Source: Candidatus Heimdallarchaeum aukensis (GTDB lineage Archaea; Asgardarchaeota; Heimdallarchaeia; Heimdallarchaeales; Heimdallarchaeaceae). Taken from it: a stretch of DNA of 64,000 nucleotides. The notes below the pieces were generated by a model. That model ran no database searches. It saw nothing but the letters and a program-made list of their open reading frames with translations, and was not told where the DNA came from. The position numbers and the translations under genes were made by a program. Position 1 is the first letter of the stretch. The number at the start of each line of letters is the position of its first letter. This document shows, piece by piece, positions 11,088 through 19,011 of the stretch. The stretch covers positions 2,400,001 through 2,464,000 of the forward strand of contig CP084166.1 of NCBI GenBank assembly GCA_021513695.1, written 5' to 3'.

Positions 11088-11690
11088 ATGGCAGAATTTC
11101 ATTTAACAACACCGATTCATCCAGAAAAACTGGAAGAAATAAAGGTTGGAGATATTGTGTATATCACGGGAACTGTAATTACTGCTCGTGATGAAGCACA
11201 TTTAAAAGCCTTAGAATTGCATAAAGAAGGAAAAAAACCTCCTGTAGACTTCAAGGGCAATGGACTTTTCCATTGTGGACCAGTTATGAAAAAAAACGAA
11301 GATGGTTCGTGGACAGTTGTCGCAGCGGGGCCAACTACTTCTGCAAGAATGGAAATTTTCCAAGATAAGTTCATTAAAGCTTTTCATCCTGGAATCATTA
11401 TTGGTAAAGGGGGAATGATGGAAAGAACAGCAAAAGCATGTCAAGAAGAAAAATGCATTTATGGTTATTTTACTGGGGGAGCAGCTCTTCTAGCTGCTGA
11501 TAGAATTAAAGAGGTAAAAGATGTTTTCTGGCTGGAAGAATTAGGTATGCCTGAGTGTTTGTGGGTCTATCAAGTAGAAAACTTCGGTCCTTTAACTGTT
11601 ACCATTGATGTTCATGGTGGAAACCTTACAGAGGACAGTAAGAAAAATATTATGAAAAACAAAGAAAAAATTTTGGAGGAGATGAAATAA
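11088..11690 (+). CDS. Class I (Fe-S) fumarate hydratase / tartrate dehydratase family, beta subunit
   Basis: LTTPI...LEEIKVGDIVYITGTVITARDEAHLKALE and GPTTSARME are typical of the C-terminal (beta) hydro-lyase domain. Its stop overlaps the next gene's start by 1 nt (ATAATG). Confidence 0.85.
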   Translation: MAEFHLTTPIHPEKLEEIKVGDIVYITGTVITARDEAHLKALELHKEGKKPPVDFKGNGLFHCGPVMKKNEDGSWTVVAAGPTTSARMEIFQDKFIKAFHPGIIIGKGGMMERTAKACQEEKCIYGYFTGGAALLAADRIKEVKDVFWLEELGMPECLWVYQVENFGPLTVTIDVHGGNLTEDSKKNIMKNKEKILEEMK

Positions 11691-12568
11691 TGAAAGATAT
11701 TGCCCAAGTTGTTGAAGATACTGCTTTTGAATTACTCAAAGTTGCAGCAACCAAATTACCAAGTGAGGTTAAAGAAGCTCTAGTAAAAGGAAAAAATGAG
11801 ACAAAAGGGAGCCTAGGAAAGGCACAATTGAGTGCAATTGTAGAAAATGTTGAGCTTGCTGAAACAAATATCAAGCCAATGTGCCAAGATACAGGTCTGG
11901 TAGCTTTTTTTGTTAAAATAGGTGATAAATTTCCATTAAGATCAGAAGTTAAAGAAATTCTAAAGAAAGCAACTGAAAGAGCAACAAAGGAAGTTCCCCT
12001 TAGACCTAATGCTGTGGATATGTTTGAAGGAAATACAAAAACAAACATAGGATTAAGAGGGTATGTTCCTTGGTTTTATTTTGATCTAGCTGAAGGCGAT
12101 AAACTTGAGATTATAGCTATGCCTAAAGGTGGAGGGAGTAGTAATGTTGGTAAAATGAAAATGATCCCTCCAGGAAAAGGAATAAAAGGTGTGAAAGAAT
12201 TTGTTGTAGAAGCTTTAGCTGCAGCAGGACCTCTCGCTTGTCCTCCTTATACTGTAGGTGTAGGAGTTGGTGGAGGAGAAGATATGTGTATGAATCTAGC
12301 TAAAAAAGCTCTTCTTCGCCCCCTTTATCACTATCACGAAGATGAACGAATAGCAGCTATTGAAAAAGAATTACTTCAAACTCTTAACCAATTAGAGATA
12401 GGAGCTATGGGACTAGGTGAAGGACCATCTGTTCTAGATGTTCATATGGAATTTGCTGCACGTCATCCAGCCAGTTTGCCTGTTGGTGTCGTTATTTCTT
12501 GTTGGGCTTTAAGACATGCTGGAGCAACAATTGACAAAGATGGAAATGTTGAATATCATCCTCATTAG
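11690..12568 (+). CDS. Class I (Fe-S) fumarate hydratase / tartrate dehydratase family, alpha subunit
   Basis: MCQDTGLV cluster-ligand motif, plus additional Cys in LACPPYTVGVGVGG and VISCWA contexts. Translationally coupled to the beta-subunit gene. Confidence 0.85.
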   Translation: MKDIAQVVEDTAFELLKVAATKLPSEVKEALVKGKNETKGSLGKAQLSAIVENVELAETNIKPMCQDTGLVAFFVKIGDKFPLRSEVKEILKKATERATKEVPLRPNAVDMFEGNTKTNIGLRGYVPWFYFDLAEGDKLEIIAMPKGGGSSNVGKMKMIPPGKGIKGVKEFVVEALAAAGPLACPPYTVGVGVGGGEDMCMNLAKKALLRPLYHYHEDERIAAIEKELLQTLNQLEIGAMGLGEGPSVLDVHMEFAARHPASLPVGVVISCWALRHAGATIDKDGNVEYHPH

Positions 12569-12597
12569 GATATCTCTTTTTCTTTCTTTTCTATTTT

Positions 12598-14271
12598 TTA
12601 ATTTGCACAACAGGACAATTTTTCAACATCTTTATCAAGAGCTAATATTGCCAATTTTATTGCTTCAACTTGAACTAGATAGGGGAAAAACTCTGTTGTA
12701 ATATCAGTTAAAGTCACTCCATATTTTTTCCCGAAACTAATAATTAAAGAGGCTGTTTGAATAATTTCTCCTGCATTAACAGTAATGATATGTGCACCGA
12801 TTAAGTAATCTGTTTCCTTATCTGCTATCAATTTTACAAATCCTCGAGTATCAAAGGAAGTAAGAGCATGTGGAACATATTTCATGGGTAAAAGGCTAGT
12901 TTTTACTTTGTATCCTTGATCGATAGCTTGTTTTTCAGTTAATCCAACAGTAGCGATTTGTGGGTCGGTAAAAATAACTGAGGGAAGTGTAGATAAATCA
13001 ATTTTTTTAATATTCCCTTTCACTGCATTTTCTGCTGCAATACCTCCCGAAGCAGCAGCAACATAAACAAATTTAGGTAAAGTAGTTACATCTCCTGCAG
13101 CATAGATATTATCAATATTAGTTTGCAAGTGATTATTAACAACAATAAAACCATCCTTGTCAGTCTTTAAACCAATATTTTTCAATCCAAGTTCTTTAGT
13201 GTTGGGTGTCCTTCCAAGAGCTACCATTATCTCCTCTGCTTTAAATTCTCTTTTTTTTCCGTTAATTTTTGCAATTATACTCTTTTCTTCTTTTTGTTGA
13301 TAAGCATCAACAATCTTAACACTAGTAAAGATTCTCAAACCTTCTTTCTTTAAAATCTCTGTTATCTCATGAGATAATTCTGGTTCGTGAACTGGGATTA
13401 TAGTAGAACTTCTTTGAAGTATTGTTACTTTAACTCCCAACCGATGAAACATCTGTCCTAATTCTAAAGCAATTGCTCGTCCACCTAAGATAATTAAGGA
13501 TTTGGGAAGAGATTTCAGTTGCATTGCAGTTGTGCTTGTAAGAACATCAACTCCTTTTTTTTCTAAAATAGAGAGATTTTTCGGTTTTGCTCCAGTTGCG
13601 ATAATTATTTTTTCTACTTTAATTATATGTTTATTATCAATTTTTATACTATTTTTTCCTATAATCTCTGCTTTTCCTTGTATAAGCTTTATTCTTTCTT
13701 TGTAGCTGTTTAGAACATTAATATATTTGTCTTTCCTTAATTCGTTAATTAGTGCATTTTTTTGTGAAATAACTTTCTGCCAATTAAATTCTTTAATATC
13801 TGCTGTTAATCCTTGAATAGGGTTATATTGTAATTTATGCTTAAATCCTGCAACCTTAATGAGAGTCTTTGAAGGCACACAACCTATATTTACACATGTT
13901 CCTCCTATCGTTCCTTTTTCGATAATAACAACATTTTTACCCAATTCTGCAGTTTTAATAGCTGCAGCTACTCCTGCGCCTCCAGTACCAATTACAGCGA
14001 TATCAAAATCAGCATTTCTTACCTTATTGATTTCATCTGAAAAAATCTTTACTCTCTTAATTTTTTTGAGCTTATATCCGATGTTTTCAATTGATGTTTT
14101 TATTGTTTCATCATTAATGATTTTTGAAGTAATAACTTCGGCTTTTCCTTCTTCCCATTTGGAAACATGAACATTATTTATACCATCCAATTTAGATAAA
14201 GCCTTTTTTACATGTAATTCACATGATGCACAGGACATTCCTTGTATTTCTAATTCGATCTTTTCTTCCAT
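12598..14271 (-). CDS. merA: Mercuric reductase MerA with N-terminal heavy-metal-associated (NmerA) domain
   Basis: GMSCASC HMA motif at the N-terminus, redox-active GGTCVNIGCVPSK, FAD/NAD Rossmann GxGxxG motifs, and a C-terminal vicinal Cys pair (KLSCCAN). Confidence 0.8.
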   Translation of the reverse strand: MEEKIELEIQGMSCASCELHVKKALSKLDGINNVHVSKWEEGKAEVITSKIINDETIKTSIENIGYKLKKIKRVKIFSDEINKVRNADFDIAVIGTGGAGVAAAIKTAELGKNVVIIEKGTIGGTCVNIGCVPSKTLIKVAGFKHKLQYNPIQGLTADIKEFNWQKVISQKNALINELRKDKYINVLNSYKERIKLIQGKAEIIGKNSIKIDNKHIIKVEKIIIATGAKPKNLSILEKKGVDVLTSTTAMQLKSLPKSLIILGGRAIALELGQMFHRLGVKVTILQRSSTIIPVHEPELSHEITEILKKEGLRIFTSVKIVDAYQQKEEKSIIAKINGKKREFKAEEIMVALGRTPNTKELGLKNIGLKTDKDGFIVVNNHLQTNIDNIYAAGDVTTLPKFVYVAAASGGIAAENAVKGNIKKIDLSTLPSVIFTDPQIATVGLTEKQAIDQGYKVKTSLLPMKYVPHALTSFDTRGFVKLIADKETDYLIGAHIITVNAGEIIQTASLIISFGKKYGVTLTDITTEFFPYLVQVEAIKLAILALDKDVEKLSCCAN

Positions 14272-14400
14272 TTAACTCAGTAGTACAGATGATGATAGGT
14301 TAATAATATGTATGCTTTAAATTTTAAAGTTTGAAAAGGAGCTATTTTTTATTTCAGATGAATTAGAAATGTTTATATCATAATAATCCAAATTTAGCTT

Positions 14401-15327
14401 ATGAATAATGAAGAAATTAGAGAAATTACTCCTGAAGATGTTGACGAAGGAAGAGAACAAAGTGTCAGAGAAAAAAGAAAAAAAGAAAAAAATCTAAATA
14501 AAAATGAAACTGAAGAAGATAAAGAAGCACAAAGATTAATTGAAGAAAAAAAACTTAGAAAGACTGTTTACAAAAAAATCATCGTCGATTTAAGGGGAAC
14601 AAAATTTCATGCCGATGAATGGGGCATAAGGCTTGACCAACAAAGGCAATCTAAATCAAGACAATGGACAAAAGATATGGATACAATTGGTGACGTTAAG
14701 ATTAACGATAAACCTTGGGGAAAATTAGGTATAAGAGAAGAAAAATGGAAAACAGTTGATCCACTAAAAAAACGTTTTGTGATGAAACTCTTTACTAATA
14801 GTTTTTACTGGAGAGGAACAATAGAGTTTCTTCAGGGAGAAAGCGTATTATTATCTTATGTCACAAATGAAAACTGTCCTGTATATATGTGTAATATTAG
14901 TACTAGTTTAAATTTAGTGCGTATTAGACGTCTCCCTCATAAACCTAGATTTAGGGGAGAAGTATTTGGTTTTGATATTGTAGATGATGATGGAATACAC
15001 AATGTGTTTATGATTGATGACAAAAGGTTTACACTAGGTTCTGATTGGTATGTCAGAGATGTTCATAATAATGTTGTGGCCATTATAAATGGAAAATTCT
15101 TTAATGTAGGTGGGAGATACGATATTGAAATATATGACAAAAAACTTGCCTCAAATAAAGAATTTTTCTATGTATTGATACTTTTTGCTTCTACATTGCG
15201 TTGGCATAAAGACATAAAAAAGCTCCTAAAGAAAGTGTTGTACGAAATAAGGAAAAAGAATCAAACCTTAAAGTTGCAAGAGAGCGAGGCAGACTTGTAT
15301 CTGAACCCAAGAAAAATGAACTATTAA
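14401..15327 (+). CDS. Hypothetical protein: highly charged N-terminus plus C-terminal LURP1/YxjI (tubby-like beta-barrel)-like region
   Basis: First ~60 aa are K/E-rich. The C-terminal part shows repeated hairpin-like patterns (FGFDIVDDDGIHNVFMIDDKRFTLGSDWYVRDVHNNVVAIINGKFFNVGGRYDIEIYD) reminiscent of the LOR/DUF567 family. Pattern-level call only. Confidence 0.4.
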   Translation: MNNEEIREITPEDVDEGREQSVREKRKKEKNLNKNETEEDKEAQRLIEEKKLRKTVYKKIIVDLRGTKFHADEWGIRLDQQRQSKSRQWTKDMDTIGDVKINDKPWGKLGIREEKWKTVDPLKKRFVMKLFTNSFYWRGTIEFLQGESVLLSYVTNENCPVYMCNISTSLNLVRIRRLPHKPRFRGEVFGFDIVDDDGIHNVFMIDDKRFTLGSDWYVRDVHNNVVAIINGKFFNVGGRYDIEIYDKKLASNKEFFYVLILFASTLRWHKDIKKLLKKVLYEIRKKNQTLKLQESEADLYLNPRKMNY

Positions 15328-15344
15328 TTTTTTATATCTTCTTT

Positions 15345-16100
15345 CTATTCTATTTTTCTAAGCTCTTTTTCCAATTCTGGAAGAGTATGTTGAACATTTC
15401 CTTGGACAAAATATTGTATCGTGTTCATATTAGATATAGCAGTATAGTTAAATAAAACACGAGTAGCTTTCTTGTTCTCAAAAAAGATATATGAAGCAGG
15501 GTAAACCTCCAGACTCGTACCTACTGCAATTAGTAGGTCACACTTTCTTGAAATATCAATGGCAGCAGTGTATACATCCTGAGGAAGATATTCACCAAAA
15601 AGAATAACTTCTGGTTTTAGTGGATTGTTGCATTTTGGGCATTGTGGAAAAGGTTTTTCACTAAGATGTTTCTCTTCATTAACAAGCTCCTCGTATTGAC
15701 ACCAAAGACAGTGTAACTTTCTTGTTGTTCCATGTATCTCAAAAACATTTTTTGTATCTGCTTTCTGATGTAAGGTGTCAATATTTTGCGTAGCGACAAA
15801 AACTTTTTCTTCACCAAGAATTTTTTGTATATTAGATATTGCATAATGTGCTTCGTTGGGTTCTGCAGATTTGATAATAGAAAAAACTTCTAAAAAGAAT
15901 TTCCAGACTTTTTCAGGATTCTTTTTAAAAGCAGTTATCGTAGCATATTCGTTAGGGTCAAATTTTTGCCATATCCCGTTAGTAGAACGAAAATCAGGTA
16001 TCCCACTAGGGGTACTAATACCAGCACCAGTAAAGAAAAGTATTTTTTTGGCCTTTTTTGCTAATCTAGCTATATCACTAATGTCTTCTACATCATTCAT
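15345..16100 (-). CDS. cobB: NAD-dependent protein deacylase, Sir2 family
   Basis: GAGISTPSGIPDFRS, QNIDTLH, catalytic HG, and zinc-binding CLWC...CPKC pairs. Confidence 0.9.
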   Translation of the reverse strand: MNDVEDISDIARLAKKAKKILFFTGAGISTPSGIPDFRSTNGIWQKFDPNEYATITAFKKNPEKVWKFFLEVFSIIKSAEPNEAHYAISNIQKILGEEKVFVATQNIDTLHQKADTKNVFEIHGTTRKLHCLWCQYEELVNEEKHLSEKPFPQCPKCNNPLKPEVILFGEYLPQDVYTAAIDISRKCDLLIAVGTSLEVYPASYIFFENKKATRVLFNYTAISNMNTIQYFVQGNVQHTLPELEKELRKIE

Positions 16101-16199
16101 TAAGTGATATTATCTCTATAGGTAAAAAATATTCTTACACTTTTTGAAGAGAGTTTTAACAACAAACCAATTTAGAGCTTACTCTCTCTTTATCTTTTA

Positions 16200-16460
16200 C
16201 TATTTTTTAATAGACGTTGTAAGTAGCTGCTTGTAGAGTTTTCTATCTAATAACTCTCCTCCAACACTTAAGTAATTTGAAATAAGCTTATCACTTATTT
16301 TCTTGCTTATACCTGTTTCTTCTACAAATTTTTTAGATAAAAATTTAGTTACAATCCTTTTTCTTCTATCCATCGTTCTGAAGTACCAGAATAATTTAAT
16401 TTTGACAATTATAAAGAAAAAAAGAGCCAAAGGTGCATCTATTATTTTTTTTATTCTCAT
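16200..16460 (-). CDS. Hypothetical small protein with one N-terminal hydrophobic helix
   Basis: 86-aa ORF directly abutting the upstream 109-aa ORF (16461). No recognisable motif. Confidence 0.4.
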   Translation of the reverse strand: MRIKKIIDAPLALFFFIIVKIKLFWYFRTMDRRKRIVTKFLSKKFVEETGISKKISDKLISNYLSVGGELLDRKLYKQLLTTSIKK

Positions 16461-16790
16461 CTATTCACCTTTGCCATTCTTTAAGAATGAGATCATCTTA
16501 TTCAAATTTCCAGAGAATTCTAAAACTATTTTCTCCACTGTTTCTTTTGATATTCCTTCATCTAATAGTTTTTGATAAACTCTAATTACTGCATCAGCAT
16601 AATTTTCAGCTACATCTACATTATATATGGAACCTAATAACTGTTCAACTATTGTTCCTATTTCACCTGAAAGAACTTTTAAGAACTCCTTAGTTTGGGT
16701 TTTGTCGTCAATGCTTATTTTTTCTTTATCTAGTGCATAATCATTAATGTGGCTTTTTCCATTAGTTGAAGAGTTTCGTTCTTTCGTCAT
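16461..16790 (-). CDS. Hypothetical helical protein
   Basis: 109-aa ORF with a clean ATG start and helical acidic composition. No recognisable motif. Confidence 0.45.
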   Translation of the reverse strand: MTKERNSSTNGKSHINDYALDKEKISIDDKTQTKEFLKVLSGEIGTIVEQLLGSIYNVDVAENYADAVIRVYQKLLDEGISKETVEKIVLEFSGNLNKMISFLKNGKGE

Positions 16791-16983
16791 TAAATCACAC
16801 TCTACGATTACATCGAGTTTTCATTTAAAACCTTTTCCTAAGTCCTTTATTTCTACAAAAACATTGTTTATAAAATAAATAAAGATAAATTTACATACCT
16901 TCTCAATAAAAATTACTCCGTTTCTAAATTAAGATTCTGACAAAATTAAAATAAAAAGAATTAGAAAGATGTAATGCGCCAAT

Positions 16984-17658
16984 TTACTGTGCTTCTTGGG
17001 GAACAGATACTTGTTTTTCTGCTTTAGATAATTGAATTGTTCCATAGATGAAACGTTGGATAACTGTTATGACACATAAACCTGTAAGAATCATGTAACC
17101 AATATAGAAGTATGTTCCGTGAGAAAAATTACCTATAGTGAAGAATGGGTTATCCTTAAAAGTTGGAATAAACAGGGAGATCACCATCAAGAAGAACAAG
17201 AATAGCAGCCTTTCACTTCTCTCCATCAAACCAACAGCCATTTTTTCTATTCCTATACTTTCACCTTTTGCACGAATATAGCTTATAAGTAAAGTAGAAG
17301 TAACCATTATTATACCTGTTACTAGATCTACATGAATGCTAAGTGCAACTCCTCCAAAAATTGCCAAGTCACTTATTCTATCTACAATGCTATCTAGAAA
17401 ACCACCTTTTCTTGTTGCGAGCCCTCTGTATCTAGCAACTCCTCCATCCAAGAAGTCCATAGCTGCACCAAACATGAGTAAAATTACAGCTGTAAGAAAA
17501 TTGTCTAAATAAATGAATACACCTGCAGCAATAGACAATAATACTCCTAAATAAGTGAAGACGTTAGGGTGGATTCCTAGTTTTCCAAAAAAAACAACAA
17601 TTGGCATTAGTATTTTAGTAACAGGTTCTCGTATTTGACTTGATACCATAATCTTCAT
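16984..17658 (-). CDS. CDP-alcohol phosphatidyltransferase (archaetidyl-inositol-phosphate/serine synthase type)
   Basis: Signature D-x2-D-G-x2-A-R-x8-G-x3-D-x3-D seen as DFLDGGVARYRGLATRKGGFLDSIVDRISD. Multi-pass membrane protein. Confidence 0.85.
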   Translation of the reverse strand: MKIMVSSQIREPVTKILMPIVVFFGKLGIHPNVFTYLGVLLSIAAGVFIYLDNFLTAVILLMFGAAMDFLDGGVARYRGLATRKGGFLDSIVDRISDLAIFGGVALSIHVDLVTGIIMVTSTLLISYIRAKGESIGIEKMAVGLMERSERLLFLFFLMVISLFIPTFKDNPFFTIGNFSHGTYFYIGYMILTGLCVITVIQRFIYGTIQLSKAEKQVSVPQEAQ

Positions 17659-17785
17659 ATTTCGTTAAGGAGAGTAGCAATTTAAACTTATCGCAACAAA
17701 ACATTATGCTTTTTTTTCTGTCTGTAATACACAATATTACATAACTACTAATATTTGCCGACAAAAATAATACTAGGGGAAAAAG

Positions 17786-18151
17786 ATGAGAGAAGAGTTA
17801 ACTGATTCAGAGATAAGTAGCTTCTTACAAAGATATGGAAAAGTTCGTTCTTTATCTTTGCCTAAGCAGAAGCTTAGTAGCAACATTTTACCTTATGAGG
17901 TAGAAAATGAAAATCAAAAATTTGCAGTTTTTGTGTATAATTGGAAAAAAAGTATAGGTACAGATGTACTTATAAGACTAGAAGACAAGGTTGCTGATTT
18001 GGGAAAGAAATATGATGGTATCATAGTTATCGGAAAAAAGTTCAGTGTAAATGCAAGAGATATTGTAGATGATATAAACAGAAGAGGAAAGAATCCTTTG
18101 ATTTTGATCCGGCGCTCTGAGATTTCTATGATCTTGGATTCAGCAAGATAA
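17786..18151 (+). CDS. Hypothetical protein, possibly a minimal restriction-endonuclease-like (Mrr_cat-type) fold
   Basis: 121 aa. PYEVENENQKFAVFVYNWKKSIGTDVLIRLEDKV...GIIVIGKKFSVNARD resembles the (D/E)xK core and following strands of Mrr-like domains. Weak. Confidence 0.3.
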   Translation: MREELTDSEISSFLQRYGKVRSLSLPKQKLSSNILPYEVENENQKFAVFVYNWKKSIGTDVLIRLEDKVADLGKKYDGIIVIGKKFSVNARDIVDDINRRGKNPLILIRRSEISMILDSAR

Positions 18152-18186
18152 AAAATAATCTCTCTTAAAAAAGAAAGAGGAATTAT

Positions 18187-18474
18187 TTATTGTCTTTTCC
18201 TGAGCTCTAATCTCTCTTTGTCTCTTTTTTCCTCCACTTCATCTGAAGAATACTTTGTTTGTGTATATACTGATCTTTGCACAATAAGCATTATTCCTAA
18301 TCCTAATACTCCTAGTGAAATAAAGAATAGAATATCTGTTGCTGTTGCTTGAGAGATAATTAGTAAAACTACTCCCAGTGTTGCAGTAGAATAAGCCACA
18401 ATACTGTAAATCAAATTTTTTCTTTTCTTTTTTTCTTGTTCCTCTGAAATATCGTTTTTTCCTTTTGACTTCAT
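18187..18474 (-). CDS. Small two-helix membrane protein with charged termini
   Basis: 95 aa. Central IVAYSTATLGVVLLIISQATATDILFFISLGVLGLGIMLIV flanked by K/E-rich tails. Confidence 0.45.
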   Translation of the reverse strand: MKSKGKNDISEEQEKKKRKNLIYSIVAYSTATLGVVLLIISQATATDILFFISLGVLGLGIMLIVQRSVYTQTKYSSDEVEEKRDKERLELRKRQ

Positions 18475-18614
18475 TGTTTTTCAACTTTGTTCTAATTTTA
18501 AAAGTATTTCTTATTATATTCAAAAAAAATATTCGAAAAAATTCTACGTTTAAAGTGGGTATCTTCTTTCAAGAAAAATAAAATAGAAAGTTCAATAAAA
18601 AAAATGATTGACCA

Positions 18615-18995
18615 TTAAAAATCATAAACCCAATTTGTTTCGGGAATGTACAGCAAATTTAAGATAAGTGTCCATACTGCTATAGTTACAATAAAAAACT
18701 GAAAGATTGCAGAAGTATAAAATGATTTAGTTTTAAGTCCAGTATTTTTGTTTCTATAAATTAAAAACCAAACTGAAGATGTTAATAGAAATACTCCAAG
18801 TAATGTAAGTCCTGCTGGCCAGTTTCTAAAATTAGTTACACCAAAGATTATTCCTGTAACTATTCCCACTAAAACTTTTGAATAGTACATTTTATTTGTT
18901 AAAGGCATTTCTTTAATCTTTTCTAACCAGTTGACGGGATTCAAATTGTTTTTAACTTTATTCTTAATTTTGTTCATATCAATATTCAAACTCAT
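18615..18995 (-). CDS. Small three-helix membrane protein (layout reminiscent of EMC6/Rab5ip family; speculative)
   Basis: 126 aa. Gly/small-residue-rich helix VLVGIVTGIIFGVTNF, then helix AGLTLLGVFLLTSSVWFLIY, a basic loop RNKNTGLKTKSFY, and a third helix AIFQFFIVTIAVWTLILNLLYI. Confidence 0.5.
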   Translation of the reverse strand: MSLNIDMNKIKNKVKNNLNPVNWLEKIKEMPLTNKMYYSKVLVGIVTGIIFGVTNFRNWPAGLTLLGVFLLTSSVWFLIYRNKNTGLKTKSFYTSAIFQFFIVTIAVWTLILNLLYIPETNWVYDF

Positions 18996-19011
18996 TCACC
19001 CAGGTGTTAAT

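Noticed and set aside
18931-19011. Track start (TTG 18931) for the NEMF/RqcH gene
   Set aside because: The extension would add a hydrophobic 27-aa leader and would overlap the divergent 126-aa gene. The ATG at 19012 begins the conserved NFACT-N sequence.
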